A DNA stretch of 64,000 bases from Polyangiales bacterium (GCA_038230375.1 JBBRNJ010000044.1:9157-73156); one strand, 5' to 3'; positions 8,225-18,142 are shown, counted from the stretch's first letter. Numbers and translations are program-made. Notes: generated from the letters alone by a model not told the origin.

Positions 8225-10087
8225 ATGAGTGCTCGCGGGACGTTCGACATCTGCTTCTACGTTGTGATCGATCCGGATGCGCGGCGCGCGCTGTGGGTGC
8301 GGCACACGGTGCGCAGAGGAAAGGACGAAACGGGCGAGGCCATGAGCTGGGCTGCTGCTTTCTCGGACGCAGGCCCGCCGCTCGCGCTGAAGTCGATCCA
8401 CCCAGAGGACGCGGTGCCCTTCCCGTTTCCGGAGCAGATCACCCTTGGCGATACGACCTTCGAGAGCACGCGCGCCAGGGGAACGGTCGTCGCCGCCGGG
8501 CGCACCATCACCTGGGAGCTCGCGTTCGACGAGGCGCATGGAACGGTGCAGCGCTCGCCGCGCGTGCTCTCGCGGTTGCCGCTGCCAGCGCACGCGGAGC
8601 ACGTCCACGCGCGCACGAAGGTCGCCGGCTTCTGGGAGGTCGACGGAGAACGCCACGTGCTGGGCCCTCGCGCGCGCATGGTGCAAGCGCGCATCGGCGG
8701 CACGTCGCAGCCGCAGGAGATCTTCTGGCTCTGGGCGCCGTCGTTCGATGAGCCGCGCGACGAGGGTGGACTGGAGCTGGTAGCGGCACGACCGCGCAGA
8801 GCGGCATGGGTGCCGCGCGTCGCGTCGCTTGTCCTCACGGCGGCGGGGCTCTCGATCGACGGCACCAGCGTCTCGCGCACCGCGCGCACACGCGTGAAGC
8901 TTGTCCGGCCCGGAGTGTTGGAGGTGCGCTCGCACGCGGGCAAGCGCCTGCTCGTGACGCGCGCCTATGCCGAGCCAGAGAGCTTCGTCGGGTACGTCTA
9001 CCGTGGTCCCGACGGCAGCTGTGTGTATGTGGCCCAGAGCGACATCGCGCGCTGCGAGGTCAACGTGTGGCGCCGACACGGGCTCAGCCTTTCGCTCGAG
9101 CGCGTGCTCTGCGCACACGCCTGCGCGATCGAGATTCACCAGCCCGAGCCGCTGCCCGGCTTCTCGTACATCCGCTGGGAGGATACCGGCCCTGCGGCGC
9201 GACCGAGCCGCTCACCGGCGCTCGCAGCGGCTGATGCCAGCGCGGTTCCGCTTCCCGCGATCGAGGACGTGCTGGCGGTGGGCCTCTCCTATGCGGACCA
9301 TGTCCGCGAGACCGGCTCGCGGGCGCCGGAGTCGCCGATCGTCTTTCGCAAGCACCTCCGGTCCCTTCGCGTCGCACGCGCGGACGCATCGCCCATGGTG
9401 GTCACGCCCACGAGCGACGAAATGCTGGCTGCGCTCGAGTCGATCGAGCCCGGCGTCGGCGCGCTCCTCCGCGAGCGATGGGACGTGCTCCCGCCGCTGA
9501 TGGACTACGAGGTGGAGCTCGGGCTCGTGCTGCTCGAACCCGTGCGCGCGCAGGACCTCGCGAATTCGTCGTGCGCGCCGCGATTCGCATGGTTCCTGGC
9601 GAACGATCTCACCGCGCGCTCTTGTCAGATCCTGGGCGAAGAACAGAAGGATCCCTACGCGTACTGGGCCGTGGCGAAGAGCTTTCCGGAGTTCCTGCCC
9701 GTGTCGTCCGTGGCGCTTCCAAGGGGCGAAGCCTCACTCGACACGCTCCCCGACTTCGAGCTCTCGACGCGCGTGAACGGACAGCTGCGTCAGCAGGCGC
9801 GCACCACCAGCCTTGTCTACTCTCCGCGGCAGATGCTCGTCGCCGCCAGTCGATTTCTGGGCGGCGATCTGCCGGCCGGCCTCGCGCTGCTCACCGGGAC
9901 GCCCGCGGGCGTCGGGCTCCACGTGCCCCGATGGAAGAAGGCGATCGCAGACGTCGCGCTGGATCGCTTTGGCAAGCTGCGCGCGGCCATGAGCGCACAC
10001 GCACGCGGCGGGACACTGCTCCATGCCGGCGACCAGGTCGTGTGCAGCGCCACGGGTCTGGGCGATCTGCGCGTGACCATCGGCTGA
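8225..10087 (+). CDS. Fusion: tocopherol-cyclase-like beta domain plus fumarylacetoacetate hydrolase (FAH) domain
   Basis: C-terminal GLSYADH, DYEVELG, ANDLTAR, AKSF and TGTPAGVG are FAH motifs; the N-terminal Trp-rich beta domain call is weaker. Confidence 0.75.
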   Translation: MSARGTFDICFYVVIDPDARRALWVRHTVRRGKDETGEAMSWAAAFSDAGPPLALKSIHPEDAVPFPFPEQITLGDTTFESTRARGTVVAAGRTITWELAFDEAHGTVQRSPRVLSRLPLPAHAEHVHARTKVAGFWEVDGERHVLGPRARMVQARIGGTSQPQEIFWLWAPSFDEPRDEGGLELVAARPRRAAWVPRVASLVLTAAGLSIDGTSVSRTARTRVKLVRPGVLEVRSHAGKRLLVTRAYAEPESFVGYVYRGPDGSCVYVAQSDIARCEVNVWRRHGLSLSLERVLCAHACAIEIHQPEPLPGFSYIRWEDTGPAARPSRSPALAAADASAVPLPAIEDVLAVGLSYADHVRETGSRAPESPIVFRKHLRSLRVARADASPMVVTPTSDEMLAALESIEPGVGALLRERWDVLPPLMDYEVELGLVLLEPVRAQDLANSSCAPRFAWFLANDLTARSCQILGEEQKDPYAYWAVAKSFPEFLPVSSVALPRGEASLDTLPDFELSTRVNGQLRQQARTTSLVYSPRQMLVAASRFLGGDLPAGLALLTGTPAGVGLHVPRWKKAIADVALDRFGKLRAAMSAHARGGTLLHAGDQVVCSATGLGDLRVTIG

Positions 10088-10118
10088 CGCGCAACCGCGA
10101 TGAGATAGGATCCGCCCC

Positions 10119-11066
10119 ATGCTCACGCGTACGGTCTACTCGCTCTACTACCCGGAGACGCGCGCCGTGGTGGACCGCCTCTGGAGCGAGCATCACCACG
10201 AGTGGTACGAGCGCGCCTACGAGAAGCACCAGGACGCGATGCACGTGGAGTTCCTGGAGACATGGCGCGCTTGGTCCGGGCTCGACCTGGGCGACGCATT
10301 TCCACACGCCTATCCCACCAGCGGCGCCTCCGAGCCCATCAAGGACCTGTTGCTACCGCCGGGCGCGCTCCACACGTTTGCTGGCGACTACGAGGGCTAC
10401 GGCATCCTCGCGCACGAGCGCGGCATGCAGGTCGTCACGCACGAGCGAAGCGTGCTTGCCGCGCGCGAGACCTTCGGTGAACACGATCAGTTCTGGGTGT
10501 CGTTCCCGTCCGCGATCGACGGCTGCATCTGGCCCGATCTGGACGCGTTCCTGGACGAGATGCGCGCGCGTGCACCGGCCGTGCGCGTCTACCTGGACGT
10601 GACGTACGTGGGCGCAACGAAGACCCCGGTGAAGGTGGATGCGCGGCGACACACGAACGTGGCGGCCGTGGTCTTCAGCCTCTCCAAGCCCATGGGCGTC
10701 TACTACCACCGCATCGGAGGGTGCGTGAGCCGCACGCCCATGGGAACGCTGGTCGGGAACCTGTGGTTCAAGAACCTGTTCTCGCTCAAGCTGGGCACCG
10801 CGCTCATGAAGGAGCACGGCGTGACGGCGCTCCCCACGAAATACGCGCCGATCCAGGCGCGCGTGCTGGAACTGCTGATCGCGAACGGCCGCGTGCCTGA
10901 CGCCGCGCGCGCGTCGGACGTGGTGCTGCTTGCGCACGCGCCGCACGGCGTGGCGAGCTCCGAGGAGTTCATGCGCGCAAAGGGCCACCACCGCTTCTGC
11001 CTCACCGAAGGCATGGACAAGATGATCAAGGGAGAGACGAATGCTCGAGACGATCACCGTTCTTAA
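10119..11066 (+). CDS. Divergent, short fold-type-I PLP-dependent enzyme (aminotransferase I/II-like)
   Basis: TSGASE, SFPSAIDG (NPxNPTG-like), LDVTY (DEAY-like), FSLSK...RIG and a C-terminal Arg (RFCL). Confidence 0.75.
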   Translation: MLTRTVYSLYYPETRAVVDRLWSEHHHEWYERAYEKHQDAMHVEFLETWRAWSGLDLGDAFPHAYPTSGASEPIKDLLLPPGALHTFAGDYEGYGILAHERGMQVVTHERSVLAARETFGEHDQFWVSFPSAIDGCIWPDLDAFLDEMRARAPAVRVYLDVTYVGATKTPVKVDARRHTNVAAVVFSLSKPMGVYYHRIGGCVSRTPMGTLVGNLWFKNLFSLKLGTALMKEHGVTALPTKYAPIQARVLELLIANGRVPDAARASDVVLLAHAPHGVASSEEFMRAKGHHRFCLTEGMDKMIKGETNARDDHRS

Positions 11067-11808
11067 GGTCTCAGCGCTGGACCTGCTGGTCACGGAAGAG
11101 TTCCGCTCGTCCCCGTGGGTCAAGACCATCACCGACGGCCTCACCATGTGGGTCACCGACGACCCGATGCCCCCAGGCCACTTCGGCACGTACTTCGGCG
11201 CGCTCACGCGACGCAGCTATCCGAACCGCTGGGTGCAAGATCTCTATCACCTGCACGAGTGCGTCCACACGCGCGTCACCCGCTTCCAGCCAACCGCCAC
11301 ATGGACGGAGTGGTCACGCAAGATGATCCAGGCGGAGTTCGAGGCGTCGATCGCCTCCGAGTGCACCGCCTACCTCCAGATCCCCGGCCTGCGCGAGAAG
11401 ACGTTCCCGCACGAGATCTGGGTCGACCGCTTCCTTGGCAAGAAGGACCTCGCTGCGGAGCCCATGTTGCAGCACATTCGCGACGAGCGTGTGCGCGCGC
11501 TCAATGCTCCGCGCTTCGACGATTTCCTGGAGCATCAGATCTGGAACTACTGCCGCCAGAACATCATCTGGTGCCGCATCTGGACGCAGAACGTGGGCTA
11601 CGGCCTGCACGCGCAGCTGCCTGCGTTTCGCGTGGTGGAAGCGCACATGGCCAAAAGCGACCGCGATGCCTCACACGAGCAATGGCTCGCAGCGGTCACC
11701 CCCACCGAGGGCTACGTGCGCGTCCCGTTCCTTCATCAGGCAGACGCTTTCGCGCCCGTCTACAAGCGCTCCGGCGAAGACTTCGGAAACTCCGTCCTCG
11801 CAAGATAG
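11041..11808 (+). CDS. Hypothetical protein with HExxH motif
   Basis: HECVH followed by EFEASIASE; overlaps the upstream gene by 26 bp. Confidence 0.75.
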   Translation: MLETITVLKVSALDLLVTEEFRSSPWVKTITDGLTMWVTDDPMPPGHFGTYFGALTRRSYPNRWVQDLYHLHECVHTRVTRFQPTATWTEWSRKMIQAEFEASIASECTAYLQIPGLREKTFPHEIWVDRFLGKKDLAAEPMLQHIRDERVRALNAPRFDDFLEHQIWNYCRQNIIWCRIWTQNVGYGLHAQLPAFRVVEAHMAKSDRDASHEQWLAAVTPTEGYVRVPFLHQADAFAPVYKRSGEDFGNSVLAR

Positions 11809-11827
11809 GTGGCCGGGCCCGCCTGTT

Positions 11828-13054
11828 CTACTTCGTGCCGGGCTGCGGGCAGCCGTACTCGATGTCCACGCCGCTCACCTTGCCTGCCTTCAGGTCGCTG
11901 CACATCGCTCCGTAGAACGTGACGGTGTTCGACGCGGAGTCGTAGTCCCAGCCAGTAGCGTGCGTGGAATCCTTGGCCACGCGGACGGTGCCGTTCACGA
12001 ACACGTAGAGCTTGCTCGGGTCGGGCGGCGCGGTGCCTAGCTTGAACACGCAGCCGATCGCCTTCTGCGCGATGTCCTGGAACGCAGCGGTCAGAGCTGC
12101 TTGATCGGTCGCCAGATAGAACTGTGATGCGCCTGCGTCCTGCGGGGCCGTTCCGCCCTCCACCGCCACCGCGCCGAGGAACACCGGATCCGCGCCGGAG
12201 CCGAAGCCCACCGCGAACGTGGGCACGCCGGCTTCCACATACAGATCGTGAACCGCGTGGATGGCGCCAGCCGCGCCGCCTCCCAGATTGCATCCGGCCT
12301 GCTGACCGTCGGTCACGAGAAGGACGAAGTCGCCGCGGGTCTTGTCCGCAAGGCCCGGATCGGTCGCGGCCTGCTCGAGCGCCGTGTCGATGTTCGTCAC
12401 GCACGGCCCGTTCGGAAAGAGCCCCGCATCCGGGAAGCGCGCCGCGTTCAGCATGGTCTGGATGCCCAGCTCGTGGCCGGGTCCCACGGGAAACGGAAAG
12501 TCGTCCTGCGCGCACTTGTTGCCGCTGAGATCGGGGAACAGGATCAGGCCGAAGCGGATCTTGTCCTTGTAGTCGGTCGTCAACGTGTCGATGGCGCTGA
12601 CGGCGACCTCCCACTTGGTGGCGGTCCCGCCATCGGCGAGATTCACCTTCTCCGTCATGGAGCAAGAGCGGTCGAGCGTGACGAGCAGGTTGGGCGGGAC
12701 GATCTGCGCGGCCACCTTGGTCGCGCCGCAGTTGCCGCCGGGCACGCAGGTGTTCGTGCCGGAGTCGCCGTTGTCGCAGACGGTGCCGTCGGTGCAGTCG
12801 CCGTTCGCGACGCACGTGCCCTTGGGAATGCACTTGCTCGTGACGCTACAGAGCTGCGCGCTCGTGCAGGCCGGGCTGCACATGGGACCGCCATCGCCAC
12901 CGCCGAGCCGGGGGCCTCCATCGTCGACCGCCGCGGCCTCGTCGCCGGCGTCGTCGCCACCGTTGCCGAACAGGCTGTTGTCGCTCGAGCCGCACGCGTA
13001 GAGGGCAGCGCACGAGCCGAGAAGCAACGCAACCACGAGCAACCGCGTCCGCAT
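11828..13054 (-). CDS. vWA-domain Cys-rich lipoprotein
   Basis: LYAC lipobox, Cys-rich repeats, MIDAS DRSCS...T...TDG. Confidence 0.85.
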   Translation of the reverse strand: MRTRLLVVALLLGSCAALYACGSSDNSLFGNGGDDAGDEAAAVDDGGPRLGGGDGGPMCSPACTSAQLCSVTSKCIPKGTCVANGDCTDGTVCDNGDSGTNTCVPGGNCGATKVAAQIVPPNLLVTLDRSCSMTEKVNLADGGTATKWEVAVSAIDTLTTDYKDKIRFGLILFPDLSGNKCAQDDFPFPVGPGHELGIQTMLNAARFPDAGLFPNGPCVTNIDTALEQAATDPGLADKTRGDFVLLVTDGQQAGCNLGGGAAGAIHAVHDLYVEAGVPTFAVGFGSGADPVFLGAVAVEGGTAPQDAGASQFYLATDQAALTAAFQDIAQKAIGCVFKLGTAPPDPSKLYVFVNGTVRVAKDSTHATGWDYDSASNTVTFYGAMCSDLKAGKVSGVDIEYGCPQPGTK

Positions 13055-13170
13055 GAGGGTGGCCTCCAACCACAAGAGTAGCACAGCCGTTTCGCAGGGC
13101 CGGCGCAGGGGAGCGCTGATCGCTTCCCGCGTTGCACCATCACCGCGCTTTCTGCGCTAGAACGGCGCGC

Positions 13171-13449
13171 ATGAAGCGCGAGAAGACCCTGACGAAGCGT
13201 GAGCGCAAGGCACTGACCGGCTCCGGGCCCGCCGGCAAGACGCGGGAGCCGCAGCACATTCATTGCGTCGCGTGTGGCCGTCACCTGGACCCGGCGGAGT
13301 TCAACGAGCCAAGCACCGCGACGCGCGTGACGTGCGAGCACAAGTCGCAGTTCGCCTCGTGCAACGGCTGCGTCGCGAAGACAAGGGAGCTGCTCGCAGA
13401 GCACGATCGCACCGGACAGCCCGTAAAGACCGCCAACGCGTGGCACTAG
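13171..13449 (+). CDS. Small basic Zn-finger-like protein
   Basis: CVAC...H...CEH...CNGC; Lys/Arg-rich N-terminus. Confidence 0.7.
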   Translation: MKREKTLTKRERKALTGSGPAGKTREPQHIHCVACGRHLDPAEFNEPSTATRVTCEHKSQFASCNGCVAKTRELLAEHDRTGQPVKTANAWH

Positions 13450-13471
13450 ACAGCAACGCGCGCGGGGCTCT

Positions 13472-14143
13472 TCACAGGAGGCCCGTAGGGTCTATGCGCG
13501 CGCGGAGCTGCTTCTCCACTGCGCAGCCCACAACGGGGAGCGGCTCGACCACCTCGGTCTGTGCGCGCGCCATGATCTCGAGGTCCCGCGGGTCCGCGCC
13601 TTGCTTCGTCCGCGTGTAGCCACCCACGTAGCGCACGTCCTTCCCCTGCCCCACCACCACGAGCATCGGCGCCGACCTCACATGGAAGCGCGTGCCCAGC
13701 TCTTCCTCCGTCACCGACACCACGCCAAAGCCGCGCGAGCGAAAGCGATCCGCCAGTGGCTCGTCCTTGCCGATCAAGAGCACGGTCTCCTGGAACCCCA
13801 CCGGGCGCGTGGAGCCAACCAGGTGCGCGGCGATCTTCTGCGAGCAGCGGCAATCAGTGTACAATACATGCACCGCGAGCGGGTGGGCCGGATCGTCCTT
13901 CAGCGCCGCCAGGCTCGCGGCAAGGACCGGATCCGCCGGCGGAGGCAGCGGCAGCGCGAGCTCGTGTCGCCCCATCATGATCGCGCCTAGCAAGAGCATG
14001 GCCGCACCCCATGCGACCAGGATCGCACCACCGGCCTTGCCAGATGGCGCTGACGCTGGGATCGCGTCGGGCCCGTGCGCCACGGGACCCACTGAATCGC
14101 GGTCTTCGCAGGAGGGATCACGCCCGTCATTCGGCAACGCCAT
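13472..14143 (-). CDS. Membrane-anchored thioredoxin-like (CxC) hypothetical protein
   Basis: TM segment, then HVLYTDCRCS, APMLVVV...YVGGY and GCAV. Confidence 0.55.
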   Translation of the reverse strand: MALPNDGRDPSCEDRDSVGPVAHGPDAIPASAPSGKAGGAILVAWGAAMLLLGAIMMGRHELALPLPPPADPVLAASLAALKDDPAHPLAVHVLYTDCRCSQKIAAHLVGSTRPVGFQETVLLIGKDEPLADRFRSRGFGVVSVTEEELGTRFHVRSAPMLVVVGQGKDVRYVGGYTRTKQGADPRDLEIMARAQTEVVEPLPVVGCAVEKQLRARIDPTGLL

Positions 14144-14250
14144 GAATGAAAGAACGGCCACTCGCGGCGATTCTTGAGGTGGGTGACACGAGGCGTGCGC
14201 AGGGACGGACGTGCTGACCGAGCACCAGCTCCTGGAGCTGATGTTGAAGG

Positions 14251-14921
14251 TCAAGGCGCACCCCCAGGCGCCGCCCTGAGCGGAGGCGACGTGTTCTGAG
14301 GTCTGTTCGCGAGACATCGCTCCGGCGCGCTGCGAAGGTCCTCCGCGCCCTTCGGGAGAGTGGGCCGCGCGTAGTCCTGCCTGAGGCGACCCACCGTGTT
14401 CTCGAAAGGCACTCCGCCGCCCTGACCACCGAACCACATGCGCGAGTCGTGCGCGTTCTCGCGGTTGTCGCCCATGACGAAGTACTCGCCGCGCTTCACG
14501 ATGTAGGGGCCCTGCACGTCGACCGTGAAGCCGCCCGCGTCGTGGAAGACCAGGTAGGCCGCGTCGTCCAGGAACTCCACCTCGAGCTCGCCCTTGTGTT
14601 TGACGTGCGCGTAGTCGGACTCGTCCGTGTAGCCGGCCTTCCCCAGCGGGCAGTGCGGGACCTCCCAGCCGTTCACGAAGAGGCGCTGCTTCTCCACGGT
14701 CACGACGTCGCCGCTCAACGCGACGACCCGCTTGATGAAGAGCTGCTTCGGCTGCTCCGGATACTTGAAGACCATGACTGCGCCGCGTGCGGGTGTCGTG
14801 TCCGTTCCATTCGCCACCACATGGTCACCCACGGCCACGCCTGGCCACGACCGCGCACGAGCCACGGCTTCTTCGCCGGCCCGCTTGGCTTTCGCAGCGG
14901 CTCCGTGCTCTCGTCGCCCAT
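14251..14921 (-). pseudogene. lepB: Signal peptidase I paralog, apparently disrupted (frameshift or internal deletion near the catalytic Ser)
   Basis: FIKRVVALSGD and YFVMGDNRENAHDSR intact; no TM or SM motif; ATG 14921 with its TATGCT box is in a different frame. Confidence 0.65.
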
Positions 14922-14986
14922 GCCGCGAGCATACCCGTTCCCGCCGCTTGACCCCTCTCCCGCGGCAAGGCTAGTTTGACCAGACA

Positions 14987-16127
14987 ATGCTTGCAGAATC
15001 CCGCGACAAACTCGCAGACCTCCAAAGGCGTCTCACGGCGCTAAGGGGGCATCTTTGACGTCCCCAAGCTGAAACGGGACATCGAGGCGCTCAACGAATC
15101 AACGTTGGCGCCGGGATTCTGGGACGACGCGAAGAAGGCGCAGACCGTCACGCGCAAGCGCTCCGGCATCGAGCAGAAGCTCGACATGGTGGAGAAGCTC
15201 ACGCGCGATCTGGAAGACGCGGCCGGGCTGCTCGAGCTGGGCGTCGAAGAGAAGGACGAGGCGACCATCAACGAGGTGGGCGGACAGCTGCCTGCACTGG
15301 AGACGCGCGTCCGCGCCGCGGAGCTGTCGCGCATGCTCTCCGGGCAGATGGATCACGCGAACGCGATCGTCAGCATCCACCCCGGCACCGGCGGCACCGA
15401 CGCGAAGGACTGGGCGCAGATGCTCATGCGGATGTACCTGCGCTGGTGCGAGCGCCGCGGCTACAAGACCGAGATCGTCGACTTCGCGGAGGGCCTCGAG
15501 GCCGGCATCGACGGCGTGTCGTTCACGGTGACGGGGACGAACGCGTTCGGCTACCTGCGCGCCGAGAACGGCGTCCATCGCCTGGTGCGCATCTCCCCAT
15601 TCGACGGCAACGCACGCAGGCAGACCGCGTTTGCTGCGGTCGAGATCACAGCCGACATCGACGACGAGATAGACATCGTCGTGAAGGACGAGGACCTCGA
15701 GACCACGACGATGCGCGCCGGCGGCAAGGGCGGCCAGAACGTCAACAAGGTCGAAACGGCGGTGCTCATGAAGCACATCCCGAGCGGCATCGTCATTGTC
15801 TGCCGCGCCGAGCGCTCGCAGCTCCAGAACCGGCGCACGGCCCTGAAGATGGTCAAGGCCAAGCTCTACGAGATGGAGATCGCAAAGCGTGAAGAGCAGG
15901 CCGCCGCGTACCAGGCCGGGAAGAGCCAGATCGCGTGGGGCAGCCAGATCCGCAGCTACGTCCTCGCGCCTTATCGTCTGGTGAAGGATGTCCGCACCTC
16001 GCACGAGACCGGCAACGTGGACGCCGTGCTCGACGGCGCGCTCGACGACTTCATCGAGGCCTACCTTCTCGCGGCAGCCGGCGGCACCCTCAAGAAGGGC
16101 GGCGTCGCGGAAGAGGTGGAGGCGTAG
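14987..16127 (+). CDS. prfB: Peptide chain release factor 2 (programmed +1 frameshift)
   Basis: ATG 14987 ... AGGGGG-CAT-CTT-TGA-C slippery site at 15044-15059; SPF and GGQ motifs. Confidence 0.97.
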
Positions 16128-17387
16128 TTGCAGCGCGGGGGCGCGATCGCGTTGCTCGCCGGCGTGCTCGTCGCAGCAGCGTTGCCCGCGCACGCAGAGA
16201 CGCGCCCAACCGCTGCCGACGTCACGCAGAAGAGCCCGGCGCCGGCGCGCCTCCTGCGATCGCTTGCGCGCGATCCCTCCGCCTACGATCCGAAGAGGAC
16301 ATCGGTGGCCACGGACCTCTTGCTTGGCGATCTGGTGTTCCATTCGCCGCTCGCGCTGGGCGCGAAGGCACGCGAGCTTGGGCTGTCCTGTAATGGCTGC
16401 CACCAGAACGGCGCCGCGCACACCGCGCTGTCGCTCGGGGATCTATCGAACCGCCCCGGCAACGTGGATCTGACGACCGGCTTCTTTCGCGCGGGCGCCA
16501 ACAACCACGCCGCCGACTTCCTCTCCATCCCGTCGCTCCGTGGCGCGCGCTACACGGCGCCGTACGGATACGCAGCCGAGAGCGCGTCGCTTGGCGAGGC
16601 CGTGGATCATCACGCGGTCGCGAGCTTCGGCGGGGCACCGCTTCCACGCGCGCAGCTCACCGCGCTCGTCCGTTACGTGCAGGACCTGGATTTCGTGCCG
16701 AACGCGAACCTGGATGCGCATGGTCGCATCACCGCGCGTGGCGGCGAGTCGGCGCGCAGAGGAGAGACGTACTTCGAGAGGCCGCGCGCGCAGTTCGGCG
16801 GAATGAGCTGCGCCAGCTGCCACCCTGCATCAGCCATGTTCACGGGCGGGCGCACGTACCGCGTGGGTTCGGGCCCCAGCACACAGGCGGGCGCGCTGGA
16901 CGATGCGTTCGACACCCCCACGCTCCTCGGTACAGCGGAGACCGCGCCGTACTTCCACGACGGCCGCTTTGCGACGCTGACGGAGGTCGTGACCTTCTTC
17001 GATCAGAGCTACGGCCTTGGCCTTGGTACGGACGAGAAGCGGGACCTCGTGGCCTACGTGGAGGCCGTCGGCGCGGTGGACCAGAAGACCGACGCGCGGA
17101 CCATGCCGCAAAAGATGCAAGATACATTCATCTACCTGGAGCTACTGCTCGCGGGAGACGCGATGGACGAGCGCAGCGTGTGGAGCATGGCGCTGGACGC
17201 GTGCATCACGGAGCTGGCGCGGCAGCAGCAGCGCCCGGCCCGCGTGGCCGATCGCGCGATCGTGGACGAGGCGCAGCTGAAGGCGCTCTCGCAGCGGGTG
17301 CGGAGCGGCGCCACGCTGGCGAGCATGCGGTCTGACGTTGCGGATCTGTCGAAGGACCTGTACCGCCTGGCCGCAGACTGGAACTGA
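16128..17387 (+). CDS. Exported diheme cytochrome c (cytochrome c peroxidase/MauG-like)
   Basis: Signal peptide; CNGCH and CASCH; PSLRG..YTAPY and TPTL...TAPYFHDG. Confidence 0.8.
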   Translation: MQRGGAIALLAGVLVAAALPAHAETRPTAADVTQKSPAPARLLRSLARDPSAYDPKRTSVATDLLLGDLVFHSPLALGAKARELGLSCNGCHQNGAAHTALSLGDLSNRPGNVDLTTGFFRAGANNHAADFLSIPSLRGARYTAPYGYAAESASLGEAVDHHAVASFGGAPLPRAQLTALVRYVQDLDFVPNANLDAHGRITARGGESARRGETYFERPRAQFGGMSCASCHPASAMFTGGRTYRVGSGPSTQAGALDDAFDTPTLLGTAETAPYFHDGRFATLTEVVTFFDQSYGLGLGTDEKRDLVAYVEAVGAVDQKTDARTMPQKMQDTFIYLELLLAGDAMDERSVWSMALDACITELARQQQRPARVADRAIVDEAQLKALSQRVRSGATLASMRSDVADLSKDLYRLAADWN

Positions 17388-17389
17388 GG

Positions 17390-17424
17390 TTGACGCTCCA
17401 ACGTGTACACTTCATAGTGTACAC
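17390..17424 (+). promoter_or_regulatory. TA operon promoter with autoregulatory operator
   Basis: TTGACG (17390-95), 17 bp spacer, CATAGT (17413-18); overlapped by GTGTACAC-TTCATA-GTGTACAC. Confidence 0.75.
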
Positions 17425-17700
17425 ATGAGCGTGAAGGCACCTTCGAAGTCCGCGTTCTCCACGGCGCGCGCGGCCCGTGTCGGCGTCCGCGCATTCCGTG
17501 GCAATCTGGCGAAGTATCTGAAAGAGGCGAAGGCGGGTAGGCCGATCATCGTCCAGGAACGCGGTCGCAGCGCCTACGTGCTCCTGAAGTTCGAGGAAGC
17601 CCCGATGCCAGCTTTCGGCTGCATGCGCGAGCGCACCGAGTACAGCGCTGGAGCGGTGGTCAACGCGGACGAGCCGTGGCCACCCGGCAAGATGCCGTGA
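17425..17700 (+). CDS. Phd/YefM family antitoxin
   Basis: VGVRAFRGNLAKYLKEAKAGRPIIVQERGR pattern; directly upstream of a PIN gene. Confidence 0.85.
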   Translation: MSVKAPSKSAFSTARAARVGVRAFRGNLAKYLKEAKAGRPIIVQERGRSAYVLLKFEEAPMPAFGCMRERTEYSAGAVVNADEPWPPGKMP

Positions 17701-18131
17701 GCGCGCTGCTGCTCGATACACATGTGTGGATCTGGCTCGCGGCCGGTGATCGACGCCTGGCGAAGCATCAGAAGCTTCTGAACCGCGCTGCAGAGGCGGG
17801 CGGGCTGCTTCTCTCCGCGATCTCGATCTACGAGACCGCGCTCATCGGAAACGAAACAGAGAACGGTCTTCGGCGCGGCAAGCAGGCCGTGAAGATGCGA
17901 CCCAGCGTGACCCAGTGGATCAGGGACGCGATCACGGGAACGCGTGTAGTGGTCGTTCCGGTCGACGCGGAGATCGCCATGAATGGCGCGTCGCACCAGG
18001 CCATGCACGGCGATCCCTTCGATCGATTGATAGTCGCGGCAAGCATGGCAACGAGCGCACGGCTCGTGACCGCGGACGCCAAGATCATTGCCTTCGCAAA
18101 GAGCGCGGGCGCGGAGCTCCTGGAGGTGTGA
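17697..18131 (+). CDS. vapC: VapC/PIN-domain toxin
   Basis: LLLDTHVWIW, SAISIYE, HGDPFDRLIVA and LVTAD; GTGA overlap with the antitoxin. Confidence 0.92.
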   Translation: MSALLLDTHVWIWLAAGDRRLAKHQKLLNRAAEAGGLLLSAISIYETALIGNETENGLRRGKQAVKMRPSVTQWIRDAITGTRVVVVPVDAEIAMNGASHQAMHGDPFDRLIVAASMATSARLVTADAKIIAFAKSAGAELLEV

Positions 18132-18142
18132 CCGAGGCTTCT

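Noticed and set aside
11828..13054. Calling the vWA lipoprotein cglB
   Set aside because: vWA lipoproteins are a large family in myxobacteria and no gliding-motility genes are adjacent
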